Shown here piece by piece: positions 6,162-6,321 of a stretch of 6,321 bases of DNA. The stretch lies in IMG/VR virus record IMGVR_UViG_2681813201_000017; one strand, given 5' to 3'. Every line of letters starts with the position of its first letter. The first letter of the stretch is position 1. Origin of the DNA: a virus (lineage: Duplodnaviria; Heunggongvirae; Uroviricota; Caudoviricetes). The notes under the pieces were generated by a model, which saw nothing but the letters and a program-made list of their open reading frames with translations, did not search any database and was not told the origin of the DNA. A program made the translations under genes and the position numbers.

Positions 6162-6186
6162 GACCGGCATCTGCCGGTCTTTTTTT
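6162..6186 (+). terminator. Rho-independent terminator of the alpha operon
   Basis: GC-rich hairpin gaccggc-atct-gccggtc (6162-6179) immediately followed by tttttttat (6180-6188), 8 nt after the alpha stop codon (6152-6154). Confidence 0.8.
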
Positions 6187-6204
6187 ATCCCTGAATTCCC
6201 CGAA

Positions 6205-6296
6205 GGTGAACAATCCACTGTTCACCCTTCACCGTATATTCACCCGTTATCACACTGAAATTAAAAGAGAAAAACGAAAGGTGAACAGTGTGAACA
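6205..6296. repeat. Cluster of TGTTCACC-type iterons in both orientations downstream of alpha (crr-like cis replication region)
   Basis: GGTGAACA 6205-6212 (inverted), TGTTCACC 6219-6226, degenerate cCTTCACC 6226-6233 and TaTTCACC 6237-6244, GGTGAACA 6280-6287, tGTGAACA 6289-6296. The first two form an inverted pair GGTGAACA-atccac-TGTTCACC. An A8/T6 tract follows at 6304-6320. Confidence 0.6.
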
Positions 6297-6321
6297 ATCA
6301 AATCAAAAAAAACTTTTTTCT

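Noticed and set aside
3779-6218. Eight minus-strand and two plus-strand alternate-frame ORFs inside alpha (e.g. 3779-4270, 3846-4316, 4352-5113, 5290-5616, 5804-6064, 5991-6218)
   Set aside because: All lie within the 777-aa alpha ORF, which has strong motif support. They are the usual open antisense or off-frame stretches of GC-rich coding DNA; their translations are Arg/Gly/Pro-rich without start signals.
1-6321. CRISPR arrays, tRNA or rRNA genes, integrase or transposase, toxin-antitoxin or other defence modules
   Set aside because: No regularly spaced repeat-spacer arrays, no cloverleaf-like candidates noticed in the visible sequence, and all large ORFs are accounted for by P4-type core genes. 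A tRNA or small RNA cannot be excluded inside the N-run.

Overview
This window reads as the conserved core of a P4-type satellite phage or P4-like integrated element from an enterobacterium. No clearly novel system is visible inside it. On the minus strand lies the late operon sid-delta-psu (244, 166 and 190 aa), with coupled start/stop codons. Upstream of sid are two TGT-N12-ACA dyads typical of Ogr/Delta-activated late promoters, then an AT-rich tract with two TGTTCACC octamers (ori-like), then a 75-nt run of N (2188-2262). The plus strand then carries a structured leader with a tandem 12-nt direct repeat and a hairpin, a 65-aa ORF, an epsilon-position 95-aa ORF starting at GTG, a 151-aa ORF, a hairpin plus a 21-codon upstream ORF, a 106-aa ORF, and the 777-aa alpha primase-helicase. 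Alpha is followed by a rho-independent terminator and a cluster of TGTTCACC iterons in both orientations (crr-like). Protein identifications rest on recalled length, order and motifs of phage P4 proteins, not on a database search. In P4-like satellites the variable cargo (defence hotspot) lies beyond psu towards the integrase, which is outside the left edge of this window. The most uncertain and most checkable part is the regulatory hub around the N-run.
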